This document shows, one piece after another, positions 46,566-55,010 of a stretch of DNA of 64,000 nt. A program made the translations under genes and the position numbers. The DNA lies in the IMG/VR virus record IMGVR_UViG_3300033984_000473, positions 168,932 to 232,931 of that record, one strand, 5' to 3'. The notes below the pieces were generated by a model, which worked only from the letters and a program-made list of their open reading frames with translations, made no database searches and was not told the origin of the DNA. Each line of letters opens with the position of its first letter. Position 1 is the first letter of the stretch.

Positions 46566-47858
46566 TTATTTACGTCTTTTTAATCTTTCGAATAATTGTC
46601 CTTGATGTAAAAGGTTTAAAAGGGTTTCTAAATTAACGTTGCCTCTTTTACCATCCATAGTCACATTATATTCGTTTGGGGTTTCAGCCCCAAAATTTAT
46701 CTTATTAACCGTAAGTTTTCTACCTTTATCAGTTTTGTATTCTTTATCCAGTTCTATCTTATGCTTAGCCAAAGCCTGTTTAGCGTTGTTGAACTTGGAA
46801 ACGTTTTCATCACCAATTTGGTCAAAATCATACCCTATTTCTGTTAAGTGTCTGAATATTGCTTCAATATCTTCTTCATCAGCATAATCAAAAGCATCAG
46901 CATCAAATAAACGTAAAACTTCATCTTCATCAATCTTATCTGGGTCTTTTTCATATACAAATCCTAAATAAACAGAACGTACATCAGAACCATTTCTTAA
47001 TGTGTTCAATGCGTTTTCTAATACTTGTGGTGTTGCATCGCTAGTTAACGCTTCTTCAAATATTTCACTATACCCACCAGCAGCTATATCTTCAGCACTG
47101 TTTATCAATATGAAATCCCAAAAATTATCATAAGCTCCTTGTAAAAAATCTGAAGCGTCACTATCTTCTAACACATTGTCAAAAAAGTAAGAAGCTTCAA
47201 CGGCTCTATCATTTTCATCCATAAGTTGGTTGCTTTCAAAATGTAATTGATATTTCTTGTTGTCGTCTTTGTTAACCAACACATACAAAGGACCATCACT
47301 ATTATAATGGTCAAACATGTTATTAGACTGTTCGGCAGCTGTACACCATTGAGTTCCTTTACCAATAAGACATGAAGCCCTTTCAGTTTTAGGTATCATT
47401 ATTAACCAATTATCATTCTCAAAAACCTTATCAATTTCATTTTGTTTTATTTGACGTATCTCATCATTTTTACTAGTAGGCATTGTTTCATCGCCACCTT
47501 CAAATTCTTTAACAACATCATATAAATCATTTAGATTTTTGAATCTGTTAATATCTCTAGATTCACTAGGTATTCTATTGATGAATTTATCGAAAAGTCT
47601 TAAGTATTCTTTAGCTTTATAGAAATCTTCCTCTTTTAATTGATTGGTTCTAATCAAGTTATATAACCATGTGAAATAACCCTTGTTAAAATTATCACCT
47701 TTTCTAGGGTATATGTCATTTAGTTTTTGGAATAAAGATTCATCACCTTTAAGTACTGGAAATTTGTTTACGTCAGAGTAAAACTTTGTCCACGCATCTT
47801 TAACTGTAATCTCATTGATTAGACCTTCTCTAAGTATTTGTTTGATTGTTAAGTTCAT
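46566..47858 (-). CDS. hypothetical late protein
   Basis: GTQWCTA..FDHY..GPLY..KYQLH motif; IKQILREG leader. Confidence 0.75.
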   Translation of the reverse strand: MNLTIKQILREGLINEITVKDAWTKFYSDVNKFPVLKGDESLFQKLNDIYPRKGDNFNKGYFTWLYNLIRTNQLKEEDFYKAKEYLRLFDKFINRIPSESRDINRFKNLNDLYDVVKEFEGGDETMPTSKNDEIRQIKQNEIDKVFENDNWLIMIPKTERASCLIGKGTQWCTAAEQSNNMFDHYNSDGPLYVLVNKDDNKKYQLHFESNQLMDENDRAVEASYFFDNVLEDSDASDFLQGAYDNFWDFILINSAEDIAAGGYSEIFEEALTSDATPQVLENALNTLRNGSDVRSVYLGFVYEKDPDKIDEDEVLRLFDADAFDYADEEDIEAIFRHLTEIGYDFDQIGDENVSKFNNAKQALAKHKIELDKEYKTDKGRKLTVNKINFGAETPNEYNVTMDGKRGNVNLETLLNLLHQGQLFERLKRRK

Positions 47859-47918
47859 TGATTGTTAATTTATTATAAATATCTGTTAAACGAAAAGAAG
47901 GCCATTACGGCCCTCTTT

Positions 47919-48293
47919 TTATTCTTTTACTAACTCAACTTCTTTAAGTTGTTCTTTGATTTTCTCAATCAACGCTTTGTTATCCACAGCGTTTATTTCT
48001 GTTTCAATCATCGCAACCAATTCTCTCATTTTTTTAAAATATGGGATTGATTTTGTTTTGACGTATTTTGGGAAAAGATAATCTTGTAAGTCCCATTTCA
48101 TCGCACTCATAAGTGAGCGAGTCATAAGTTCTACGTGGTTACCGTTTATCATTAACCTTCCCACAAATTTATAACCATCTTGTTCAAATGGTATAACCTT
48201 TAAAATGGTTTTATCGTTTACAACAAATAAGTGTTGAGCTGATTTTGAAATATAATTTTTTGAATCCTGTAATTTTTGTTCTTGTGTTTTCAT
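47919..48293 (-). CDS. hypothetical protein downstream of the MM*ILRAPP mini-ORF
   Basis: 124-aa ORF. Confidence 0.7.
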   Translation of the reverse strand: MKTQEQKLQDSKNYISKSAQHLFVVNDKTILKVIPFEQDGYKFVGRLMINGNHVELMTRSLMSAMKWDLQDYLFPKYVKTKSIPYFKKMRELVAMIETEINAVDNKALIEKIKEQLKEVELVKE

Positions 48294-48391
48294 TTTTGTT
48301 TTTTTTTAAGTTTATTTTATTTTTTATAGTTGGACATGTTGTCCAAGTACATAGACATCGTGTCTATGTTCATGTCTATGTTATAATAAAC

Positions 48392-48421
48392 TTAAGGCGG
48401 TGCTCTGAGAATCTACATCAT
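48392..48421 (-). promoter_or_regulatory. amber-interrupted mini-ORF M-M-*-I-L-R-A-P-P
   Basis: ATG ATG TAG ATT CTC AGA GCA CCG CCT TAA after an A-rich initiation region. Confidence 0.6.
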
Positions 48422-48450
48422 GATTTCTTTGTTTTAGTTATTGTTATTAG

Positions 48451-48520
48451 AGGTGCGGGAAGGATTCGAACCTACATACCCATTCTTGCGGAATGGTACC
48501 TACCATTTGGTTACCGCACC
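48451..48520 (-). tRNA. tRNA-Cys(GCA), atypical C33
   Basis: Loop CCGCAAG, U73. Confidence 0.8.
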
Positions 48521-48525
48521 TTGTG

Positions 48526-48771
48526 TTAAGGATAAATCCTTGCTATCTTATCTATAATTTGTAATTTACCTTTGAACTTCAACGAACCTTTGGTGTGTGG
48601 ATTGTCTGGTGTTTCTTTTGTTGAAAAGCTTATTCCAGTTTCCATATCAACGTGGTCTACATAATGGGTTTCACCCTTGGCTTTGATTACCCACATTGGA
48701 ATTGTAGGGTCTTGCAAGTGCATCTTATTAAAATGTAAAATGATTTCGGTTCTTTTATCGATATTAAGCAT
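48526..48771 (-). CDS. hypothetical protein
   Basis: 81 aa; start overlaps the Pth2-like stop. Confidence 0.7.
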   Translation of the reverse strand: MLNIDKRTEIILHFNKMHLQDPTIPMWVIKAKGETHYVDHVDMETGISFSTKETPDNPHTKGSLKFKGKLQIIDKIARIYP

Positions 48772-49114
48772 ATTCTAACTCCTTTCCTAATAATGGACAT
48801 GAACTGGTCAATTTACGAGCAGCGTCAGTTGCTTCAAAAGCAATTGCTGTAATTTGATTGTTAATATCTGGTTCACGGAATACTGTGTGCTTGATACCTA
48901 GCAAAATAGCTTTAGATGCTAGTTTGATTAATTCTTGCTCATTGGCAACAGTAAGAAATGCTAAATAATTGGATTTTGTTTGCCATTCTTTTGCTTCAAC
49001 AGCGTGTTCGTGTTGGAAGTCTATGGCAGCATGTCCAGATTGGACTGCTTGGTAAGCGATTGGTAAGTCACGTCTTGTGACAACTCTTAATTTTTGATTG
49101 TTAATCTAATTCAT
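48764..49114 (-). CDS. Pth2-like peptidyl-tRNA hydrolase with in-frame UAG at codon 3
   Basis: MN*INNQKLRVVTRRDLPIAYQAVQSGHAA...FREPDINNQITAIAFE; TAG at 49106-49108; no later in-frame ATG. Confidence 0.8.
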
Positions 49115-49166
49115 CTTGTTTGTTTTTATATAAATATATTAATGTTTATTAAAAAGTAAATCTTTT

Positions 49167-49241
49167 TGTAGTTCTAGTCGGACTCGAACCGACATTTCTC
49201 CGTTTTAGAGGCGGGCGTATTCACGTTAATACTATAGAACC
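49167..49241 (-). tRNA. amber suppressor-type tRNA (CTA)
   Basis: Loop CTCTAAA; anticodon stem has two C-A mismatches; D loop lacks GG; own promoter at ~49252. Confidence 0.75.
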
Positions 49242-49291
49242 TTATTGTTATACAAAGGTATGACAATTTTTTTACCTGTGCAAGTTTTTAT

Positions 49292-49795
49292 CTAATTTTT
49301 TTTCAAAAATTTTCCTAAACGCATAACTTTCTCTTTGAATTCCTCAAATGTACCATTGTTTTCAATGATTACGTCAGCACAGCTTTTATCAATGTTAAAT
49401 GATGTTGCTGGTTCTTGTGGAAGTCTTTCACTTGCATCTACCCAGATTATAAGGTCAAATAATCCTTGTTTGATACATTCTAGGATTTCACCTCTATCAC
49501 GCATCCCAACATAACAATCTGCCATTTCAAGAATACCTTTGGCTAGTTTAGCTCTATCGTCTTTGTTATAATCACAAATTGATTCATACCATTCTTGTCT
49601 ATGGTTAACCCTATCTTCAAAACATTCGACTGAAGTTTTATAACCATATTGGTCTTTTAATTTATCATAAAGAAAGATATCAGCAGCAGCTTGCGATGAT
49701 GATACAAATGACATCCCATATTCTTCATTGATGATTTCAGCTAAGCTATCTTTCCCATGACGCATGTGTCCGATAATAAGTAATTTTTTAAACAT
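49292..49795 (-). CDS. deoxynucleoside monophosphate kinase-like protein
   Basis: GHMRHGKD P-loop, GMRD..E, IENNGT. Confidence 0.65.
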   Translation of the reverse strand: MFKKLLIIGHMRHGKDSLAEIINEEYGMSFVSSSQAAADIFLYDKLKDQYGYKTSVECFEDRVNHRQEWYESICDYNKDDRAKLAKGILEMADCYVGMRDRGEILECIKQGLFDLIIWVDASERLPQEPATSFNIDKSCADVIIENNGTFEEFKEKVMRLGKFLKKN

Positions 49796-49799
49796 ACTA

Positions 49800-50357
49800 T
49801 TAATTTTCTAATTTTACATAAACGTCAAACCCTTTTCCAAACGAATCTCCCCCGATATTGTCTAATTCAACACCATCGTAACTTACAGAGTCAACAACAT
49901 CATCATGCTCATATAAATCTGTACGTATTTCAGAATACATAACGATTTTAAGTTTATTAATATCAAATCCATCCGCTTCAAATTCAGCTTCAAATAAAGT
50001 ACCTTTTTCAGTTGTAACACAACAAACCGCTAAATCTTCATCAGTGTTTCCATCATCAAAATACTTATAATCAATAACTTCTGGGTATTCATCATCTAAA
50101 TCTTCATGAGCGATATCTAACACGTCATTAGAATTTTCATCAAGAACTGTAAGTTGGAATCCAGCAAATGGTCCAGTTAAATGTATAACATCATCAATTT
50201 CGTTCCATGGTGCAATGCCATAGTCTTCCGAATTGTTCATGATTTCTTCTAAGGATAAATCTTCAACCAACCCTTGAATTATTTCTTTTTCTTCTTGGTC
50301 TAAATGACCAATGGTTAACTCAGAACCTAAACCATGAAATGTAATAGTATATTTCAT
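49800..50357 (-). CDS. acidic hypothetical protein
   Basis: 185-aa ORF. Confidence 0.7.
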   Translation of the reverse strand: MKYTITFHGLGSELTIGHLDQEEKEIIQGLVEDLSLEEIMNNSEDYGIAPWNEIDDVIHLTGPFAGFQLTVLDENSNDVLDIAHEDLDDEYPEVIDYKYFDDGNTDEDLAVCCVTTEKGTLFEAEFEADGFDINKLKIVMYSEIRTDLYEHDDVVDSVSYDGVELDNIGGDSFGKGFDVYVKLEN

Positions 50358-50632
50358 TATTCAGCGTTTATTTCTTGAGATTCATTTGTTATTTTATCTC
50401 TACGGATATCCATATCCATAAGTTCTTCACCCAATGATTCATACATTTCTTCATTGGTTGATTTCATTTCCCATGCGTTCGTTTGAATATAATCAATCGC
50501 TTCTTCTCTGGTCATACCTTCCAATTCAGCATAATCATCAACATTAATTTCTACAGCTTCTCTAAATAAAGATGTTTCGTAATATTCAGTAGCAAATACT
50601 GAAATAGTTTTTGGTGTTTCTTTTTCTTCCAT
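50357..50632 (-). CDS. hypothetical protein
   Basis: 91-aa ORF. Confidence 0.65.
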   Translation of the reverse strand: MEEKETPKTISVFATEYYETSLFREAVEINVDDYAELEGMTREEAIDYIQTNAWEMKSTNEEMYESLGEELMDMDIRRDKITNESQEINAE

Positions 50633-50659
50633 TTTTTTGTTTTATTTATGTTATTTTTA

Positions 50660-50929
50660 TTAATCCCATTCTTCGAGTGTTTGGTCTCTGTCTTCTAACA
50701 CACAACGCAAACCTTTTAATATATCACAATGATAAGTTACTGATTGTCCGTTAACAACACCAACAGTATTGATACCTAGTTTATCATAGAATTTCTCACC
50801 ATCAATCAAATAGTTACCTAATAATGTATTTATCTCAATACCTGTAAAACCCATTTCATGTTGAGTGGGCCAATTATAAACAATGTCTTCAACATTATCG
50901 ATTGTTAATTCTTCAAATTTATAATCCAT
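50660..50929 (-). CDS. hypothetical protein
   Basis: 89-aa ORF. Confidence 0.65.
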   Translation of the reverse strand: MDYKFEELTIDNVEDIVYNWPTQHEMGFTGIEINTLLGNYLIDGEKFYDKLGINTVGVVNGQSVTYHCDILKGLRCVLEDRDQTLEEWD

Positions 50930-51078
50930 TATCTTCTTCTATTACTATTGTTATTATTCATCATAAACATTATAACGAACACAAATAAAAATGCACTCAT
51001 ATTTTTTAATACAAATGTACTATTTATTTTTCAATTATGCAAGTTCTAAACAAAAAAAGTCCCGAAAGGGACTTTTAA

Positions 51079-51757
51079 TTATGAGAGTAAATCAATTTTA
51101 CCTCGGAGTATGTCTTTAAGACTAGCTGTCTTATTAGTTATGTGGTCTACAACCAAAGAATCTTTAACTCTATATGTTCTACGTTTGTCGCTTCTATCAC
51201 CTTTGCCGATTTGGTCTCTTCGCTCTTCTACGCTTTCTTCTAAGTGTCCAGTTCTATAAAAATCATTCACACGCTTTTTAAGCTCTTTTAAGGCATCTTC
51301 TTTGTTCTTGTGTTGATTTCTACCATCACGAACTACTTTTAACCCTGTGGTGATGTGTGTGACCACTACGCATGAATCTGTTGTGTTCTTGTGTTGTCCA
51401 CCGTTCCCAGTCCCTCTAGTTGTTTCTAAACGATATTCGCTGGGATATAGTTCTATCTCTTGATAATCGTTTTCTTCCATAAGGGCTACTGTAATTGAAC
51501 TGGTATGAACACGTCCCTTCTTTTCAGTTGGTGGGACTCTTTGCCAACGATGATTTCCTACTTCATTCTGGAATATCTCTTTTACCTTTGGGCCGCTAAA
51601 GACATAGATGGGCAAAGCCGCTTCTTTCTTCGACTACGCTGCATTCTAAATTGTTAAGTCTTGCCGTTTTGGTGTAGATGTCAAGCATCTCTTTCACCAA
51701 CAGCTTCGCATCTGTTCCACCTTCCGCATCACGGATTTCTAAATGAATTTTTCCCAT
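51079..51757 (-). CDS. RF1-type peptide release factor lacking domain 1, split by a +1 frameshift at CTT-TAG-C
   Basis: Frame 0 MGKIHLEIRDAEGGTDAKL...CL* (51757-51596); +1 frame ..HRWQRVPPTEKKGRVHTS..GGQHKN..RRTY. Confidence 0.85.
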
Positions 51758-51783
51758 TGGTTTTGTTTTTAATAATTATTATA

Positions 51784-51810
51784 AAAAAACCCCATCGATT
51801 GATAGGGCTT
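51784..51810 (-). terminator. terminator upstream of the RF gene
   Basis: AAAGCCCTATC-AATC-GATGGGGTTTTTTT. Confidence 0.7.
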
Positions 51811-51820
51811 TGATGATTTC

Positions 51821-51883
51821 AGAATAGCATGGTTTTTCTTTTTTTTCGTTAAATAGATTTTTTTAAATTGCTGTAACTATTCT
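51821..51883 (-). ncRNA. CWGCAA-family small RNA (E4)
   Basis: AGAATAG-TTACAGCAA...CTATTCT. Confidence 0.55.
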
Positions 51884-51887
51884 TTGT

Positions 51888-51961
51888 TGTAGCGGGGAAG
51901 GGAATCGAACCCCCGACCTCAAGGTTATGAGCCTTGCGAGCTACCACTGCTCTACCCCGCA
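51888..51961 (-). tRNA. initiator tRNA-fMet(CAT)
   Basis: 1:72 mismatch, GCGGGG acceptor, loop CTCATAA. Confidence 0.9.
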
Positions 51962-51964
51962 ATA

Positions 51965-52037
51965 TGTATACCAGAAAGGACTTGAACCTTTATTTGGACC
52001 CCCAATGGGTCCCGTCCTAAACTTAGACGACTGATAT
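51965..52037 (-). tRNA. atypical tRNA, anticodon TTG (Gln?)
   Basis: Cloverleaf, loop CATTGGG (A33), D loop lacks GG. Confidence 0.55.
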
Positions 52038-52046
52038 GTGTTGGTC

Positions 52047-52094
52047 AGAATCAATTTTTTTCCTATATAAAGAGTTAATTGCTGCAATGATTCT
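52047..52094 (-). ncRNA. CWGCAA-family small RNA (E5)
   Basis: AGAATCA-TTGCAGCAA...TGATTCT. Confidence 0.55.
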
Positions 52095-52174
52095 TTTACC
52101 GTTTTTTTAAGACTGTCCAGACTTACAACTCTGCTTTTCAGCTGCCCAAGTTAAATGTCCTGTCTCAATATAGT

Positions 52175-52425
52175 TTATCTCAAAATGGTTGTTTGTTTTT
52201 TTCATCCCAGCGGATTAACCCTTTTTACGTCTTCGGCTTTGCTTTGGCGAGAGTCTACTGTTGTTCGACTACATCCTACTTGCACCTTTTGGGGTGGTTG
52301 ACGTTTGCTTAATTTTTTATACTGGTTAAACTTCCATTTACCATTGAAGAGCGATACTATCACTGTTCGTTTTTGGTTTTCATAGCTGTGTCTGTTTTTG
52401 TTGCAGAACCCATTTTTCTAGATAA
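52175..52425 (-). ncRNA. CWGCAA-family RNA, large (E6)
   Basis: TTATCT..AAAATGG-GTTCTGCAAC...CCATTTTG AGATAA; directly after a TATCTTTG promoter. Confidence 0.55.
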
Positions 52426-52537
52426 TGTAAGAACGTTTTCAAATAAATATACACAAAGATACTAAATATTTATCTCCGTGTCAAGTTTTTTTTCATTTAT
52501 TTTTAAGAAATTTTAAAAACCCAGTAAATACAGGGCC

Positions 52538-52747
52538 TTAGACAGTCGGTTGTTGTTGTGTTTCTTCAACAATAATTAAAATTTCTTCTTCTTTATTAAG
52601 AGTATAGATAATATTGACTACTAAATAGTATTTATCAACATACCAAATGTACTCATCTTTCCTAGGAATAAATGTTAACTTTAAATTTCTTTTTAGCGGT
52701 ATCCATTTACAATCTAATATGGATGTATTATATTTTCTTTTAAACAT
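52538..52747 (-). CDS. hypothetical protein
   Basis: 69-aa ORF. Confidence 0.55.
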   Translation of the reverse strand: MFKRKYNTSILDCKWIPLKRNLKLTFIPRKDEYIWYVDKYYLVVNIIYTLNKEEEILIIVEETQQQPTV

Positions 52748-52823
52748 AATTAAATATAAGGTTAAGTTTTAAAATAATCAAGTATTTATAATAAAATAAC
52801 AGACAATAAAAAACACTATCACC

Positions 52824-52889
52824 ATGGGATGCGGATGCGGAAAACCACAAACAGGGGGAACTACAGTTCCACCAACACCAAGCAAATAA
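52824..52889 (+). CDS. tiny Cys peptide MGCGCGKPQTGGTTVPPTPSK
   Basis: Preceded by TATTTATA and an A-rich initiation region, followed by a terminator at ~52905. Confidence 0.5.
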   Translation: MGCGCGKPQTGGTTVPPTPSK

Positions 52890-52927
52890 GCTTGTTTGAA
52901 ACATAAAAGGGCCAATTGGCCCTTTTA

Positions 52928-53245
52928 TTAATTAGCGTCTGGAGTGTCTGGAGTGTCAGTATCAGTGTCGGTATCTTCTGCTGGTTTTATTGGAACAGCT
53001 TTTTTACCCATTGTTACACTACCACTAGAACCATTTTTACGTGTAAATTGTTCACTAGCTGTAAACCCTAAACCACCAATAACAATCCACTTCATCGAAT
53101 CGTATATAAAATCTGTAATTGTTAATTTAAAGAATAAATTAGCAATAAATCCAATACACATCATAATGAAAGCCATAATGGTAATAACTCTTTTACTAGA
53201 AACAGCCCCATTTGAAGACCATAAATCATTTAAAAATTTTTTCAT
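52928..53245 (-). CDS. holin-like two-TM membrane protein
   Basis: SSKRV plus two TM helices; late motif upstream. Confidence 0.6.
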   Translation of the reverse strand: MKKFLNDLWSSNGAVSSKRVITIMAFIMMCIGFIANLFFKLTITDFIYDSMKWIVIGGLGFTASEQFTRKNGSSGSVTMGKKAVPIKPAEDTDTDTDTPDTPDAN

Positions 53246-53365
53246 AATATTGTTTTTATATATAAATATACAGAAAACAAAAAACCCTCAACAAAGCGAT
53301 TTGTTAAGGGTTGTAATTTCTATCCTAAAGGTGAGCTAGGAAGAATCAAAATTGAATGTTTAAAG

Positions 53366-53722
53366 AGGAGCATACGGGAATCGAACCCGTGTGTTGAATA
53401 TTCTTCAAAAGCTTTCTACATGTTTATCCAATTCATTAACTGGCAATCTTTACTACATCTTTTTACCGTGTAATTTAAGCTTCACACCAATGGATTACCA
53501 TCATTCACTAAATTATTAGTATCAAGTGGTTTACCACTATTTGCTTCATTTAGACTGTAGCTAACTCTCCTGTTGAAACCATTACAGCTTCGTTAAGGAA
53601 ATTTTCTGAGACGATAAAATCGTTGTCAATTCAATGTTTTAATAGACAGATTAAAGTGCTTCCAATCTAGCACTACATGCTTACCAATTACGACTATACT
53701 CAGTCAATACCTTGGATGCCCC
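53366..53722 (-). ncRNA. ssrA: tmRNA
   Basis: GGGGCAT..TTGAC 5' end, T arm and ATGCTCC 3' end with G3:U70; tag frame 53627-53550 (A)DNDFIVSENFLNEAVMVSTGELATV*. Confidence 0.9.
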
Positions 53723-53838
53723 ATAAATTTAAGAACGTATAACTTATAAATATGTGGGTTCCGATTAAAAAACCCACATTTTTATATTTCTTATACAAAG
53801 GTACTACATTCTTTATCTAAATGCAAGTACTTTTTGAT

Positions 53839-54570
53839 TTATTTTTTGTTTTTTATCGGTTTTTTAATGATAATATCATCAATTATACCATAAGCCTTAG
53901 CTTCACTAGCATTTAACCACATATCTCTATTGGTGTCAATCAAAACTTGTGCTGGGTCTTTATCAGTATAATCACCTAATAATCTAAACAATTCTGTATT
54001 GTATTTCTCACCTTCAGCGATTGATACTCTAATGTCTTGTAGATTTCCAGAAGCACCAGTTGAAACTTGATGTAACATCACTCTACTGTGTGCAAGGCTA
54101 TAACGTTTACCTTTGGTTCCAGCACCCAAAAGGATACTTCCCATACTTGCAGCCATACCTGTGTTTAAAGTAACAATGTCTGAAGTAATATAGTTCATAA
54201 CATCTACAATTGATAACCCAGATTTAACTGACCCACCAGGAGAATCCACATGAAGTGTAATATCATTTACTTCTAAGTTATCCAAGAATAATAATTGTGC
54301 TTGAACTACTGTACTCATTCTATCATTTACTGGACCAGCTAACCAAATAATTCGGTCCATCATAAGCCTAGAAAATATATCCATTTGAGTTACACGTAAT
54401 TCTCTTTCTTCAAGGATATATGGTGTAAGAGAAGCGTTGGTTCCGTAAGTCATCAAAGATGATTGAGCACCGTAAAGCTTATCTTGCATTTGCTCCCAAT
54501 AAAAGAAGTCTAAACCTGTTACGCCCATATGTTTGATAGCGTAATCTTTAAATTCATTTGTTAAATTCAT
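53839..54570 (-). CDS. clpP: ATP-dependent Clp protease proteolytic subunit
   Basis: DIFSRL..DRII, SPGG, AASMG, MLHQ, RD. Confidence 0.95.
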   Translation of the reverse strand: MNLTNEFKDYAIKHMGVTGLDFFYWEQMQDKLYGAQSSLMTYGTNASLTPYILEERELRVTQMDIFSRLMMDRIIWLAGPVNDRMSTVVQAQLLFLDNLEVNDITLHVDSPGGSVKSGLSIVDVMNYITSDIVTLNTGMAASMGSILLGAGTKGKRYSLAHSRVMLHQVSTGASGNLQDIRVSIAEGEKYNTELFRLLGDYTDKDPAQVLIDTNRDMWLNASEAKAYGIIDDIIIKKPIKNKK

Positions 54571-54587
54571 ATTTTTGTTTTTTGTTT

Positions 54588-55010
54588 TTAATCTACTAAT
54601 TCTAACATTAAGTGTATCGGTGTGTTTTCACCAACATAACCACCAGCAATATTATAACTAAAATGTTCCATAGCCATACTATATTTGGATTCTTCAATAG
54701 TTTCATCACCATATAATTCATCAACTTCCATGTCTACCATTAGAATTTTGATTATCTTATCAACATCATAAACCACTAAGTCTTCAAATGTTGCTCGACC
54801 CCAATTATCGATAATATCATTTTCTTCACTAAATGGGTCTTCCAACTCATCTTCGTAAAAGAAATCTAATTTAACTTCAATTAGACCATTGGTATCATAA
54901 ACTTGTAGAGTACCAAAATCAGTTCTTCTACCTAAGCCAATAATTGCTTCATCTAACCCGTCCCACAATACAGCGTTTGGGTTAAATGATGCGATTTCAT
55001 CCCTAGTCAT
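54588..55010 (-). CDS. conserved phage hypothetical protein
   Basis: DGLDEAIIG..VYD..YNI.GGYVGENTP. Confidence 0.75.
   Translation of the reverse strand: MTRDEIASFNPNAVLWDGLDEAIIGLGRRTDFGTLQVYDTNGLIEVKLDFFYEDELEDPFSEENDIIDNWGRATFEDLVVYDVDKIIKILMVDMEVDELYGDETIEESKYSMAMEHFSYNIAGGYVGENTPIHLMLELVD

Noticed and set aside
51079-51615. ORF-track start MPIYVF for the release factor
   Set aside because: TTG start lacks the upstream RF-like segment encoded in the other frame; a frameshift explains the locus better
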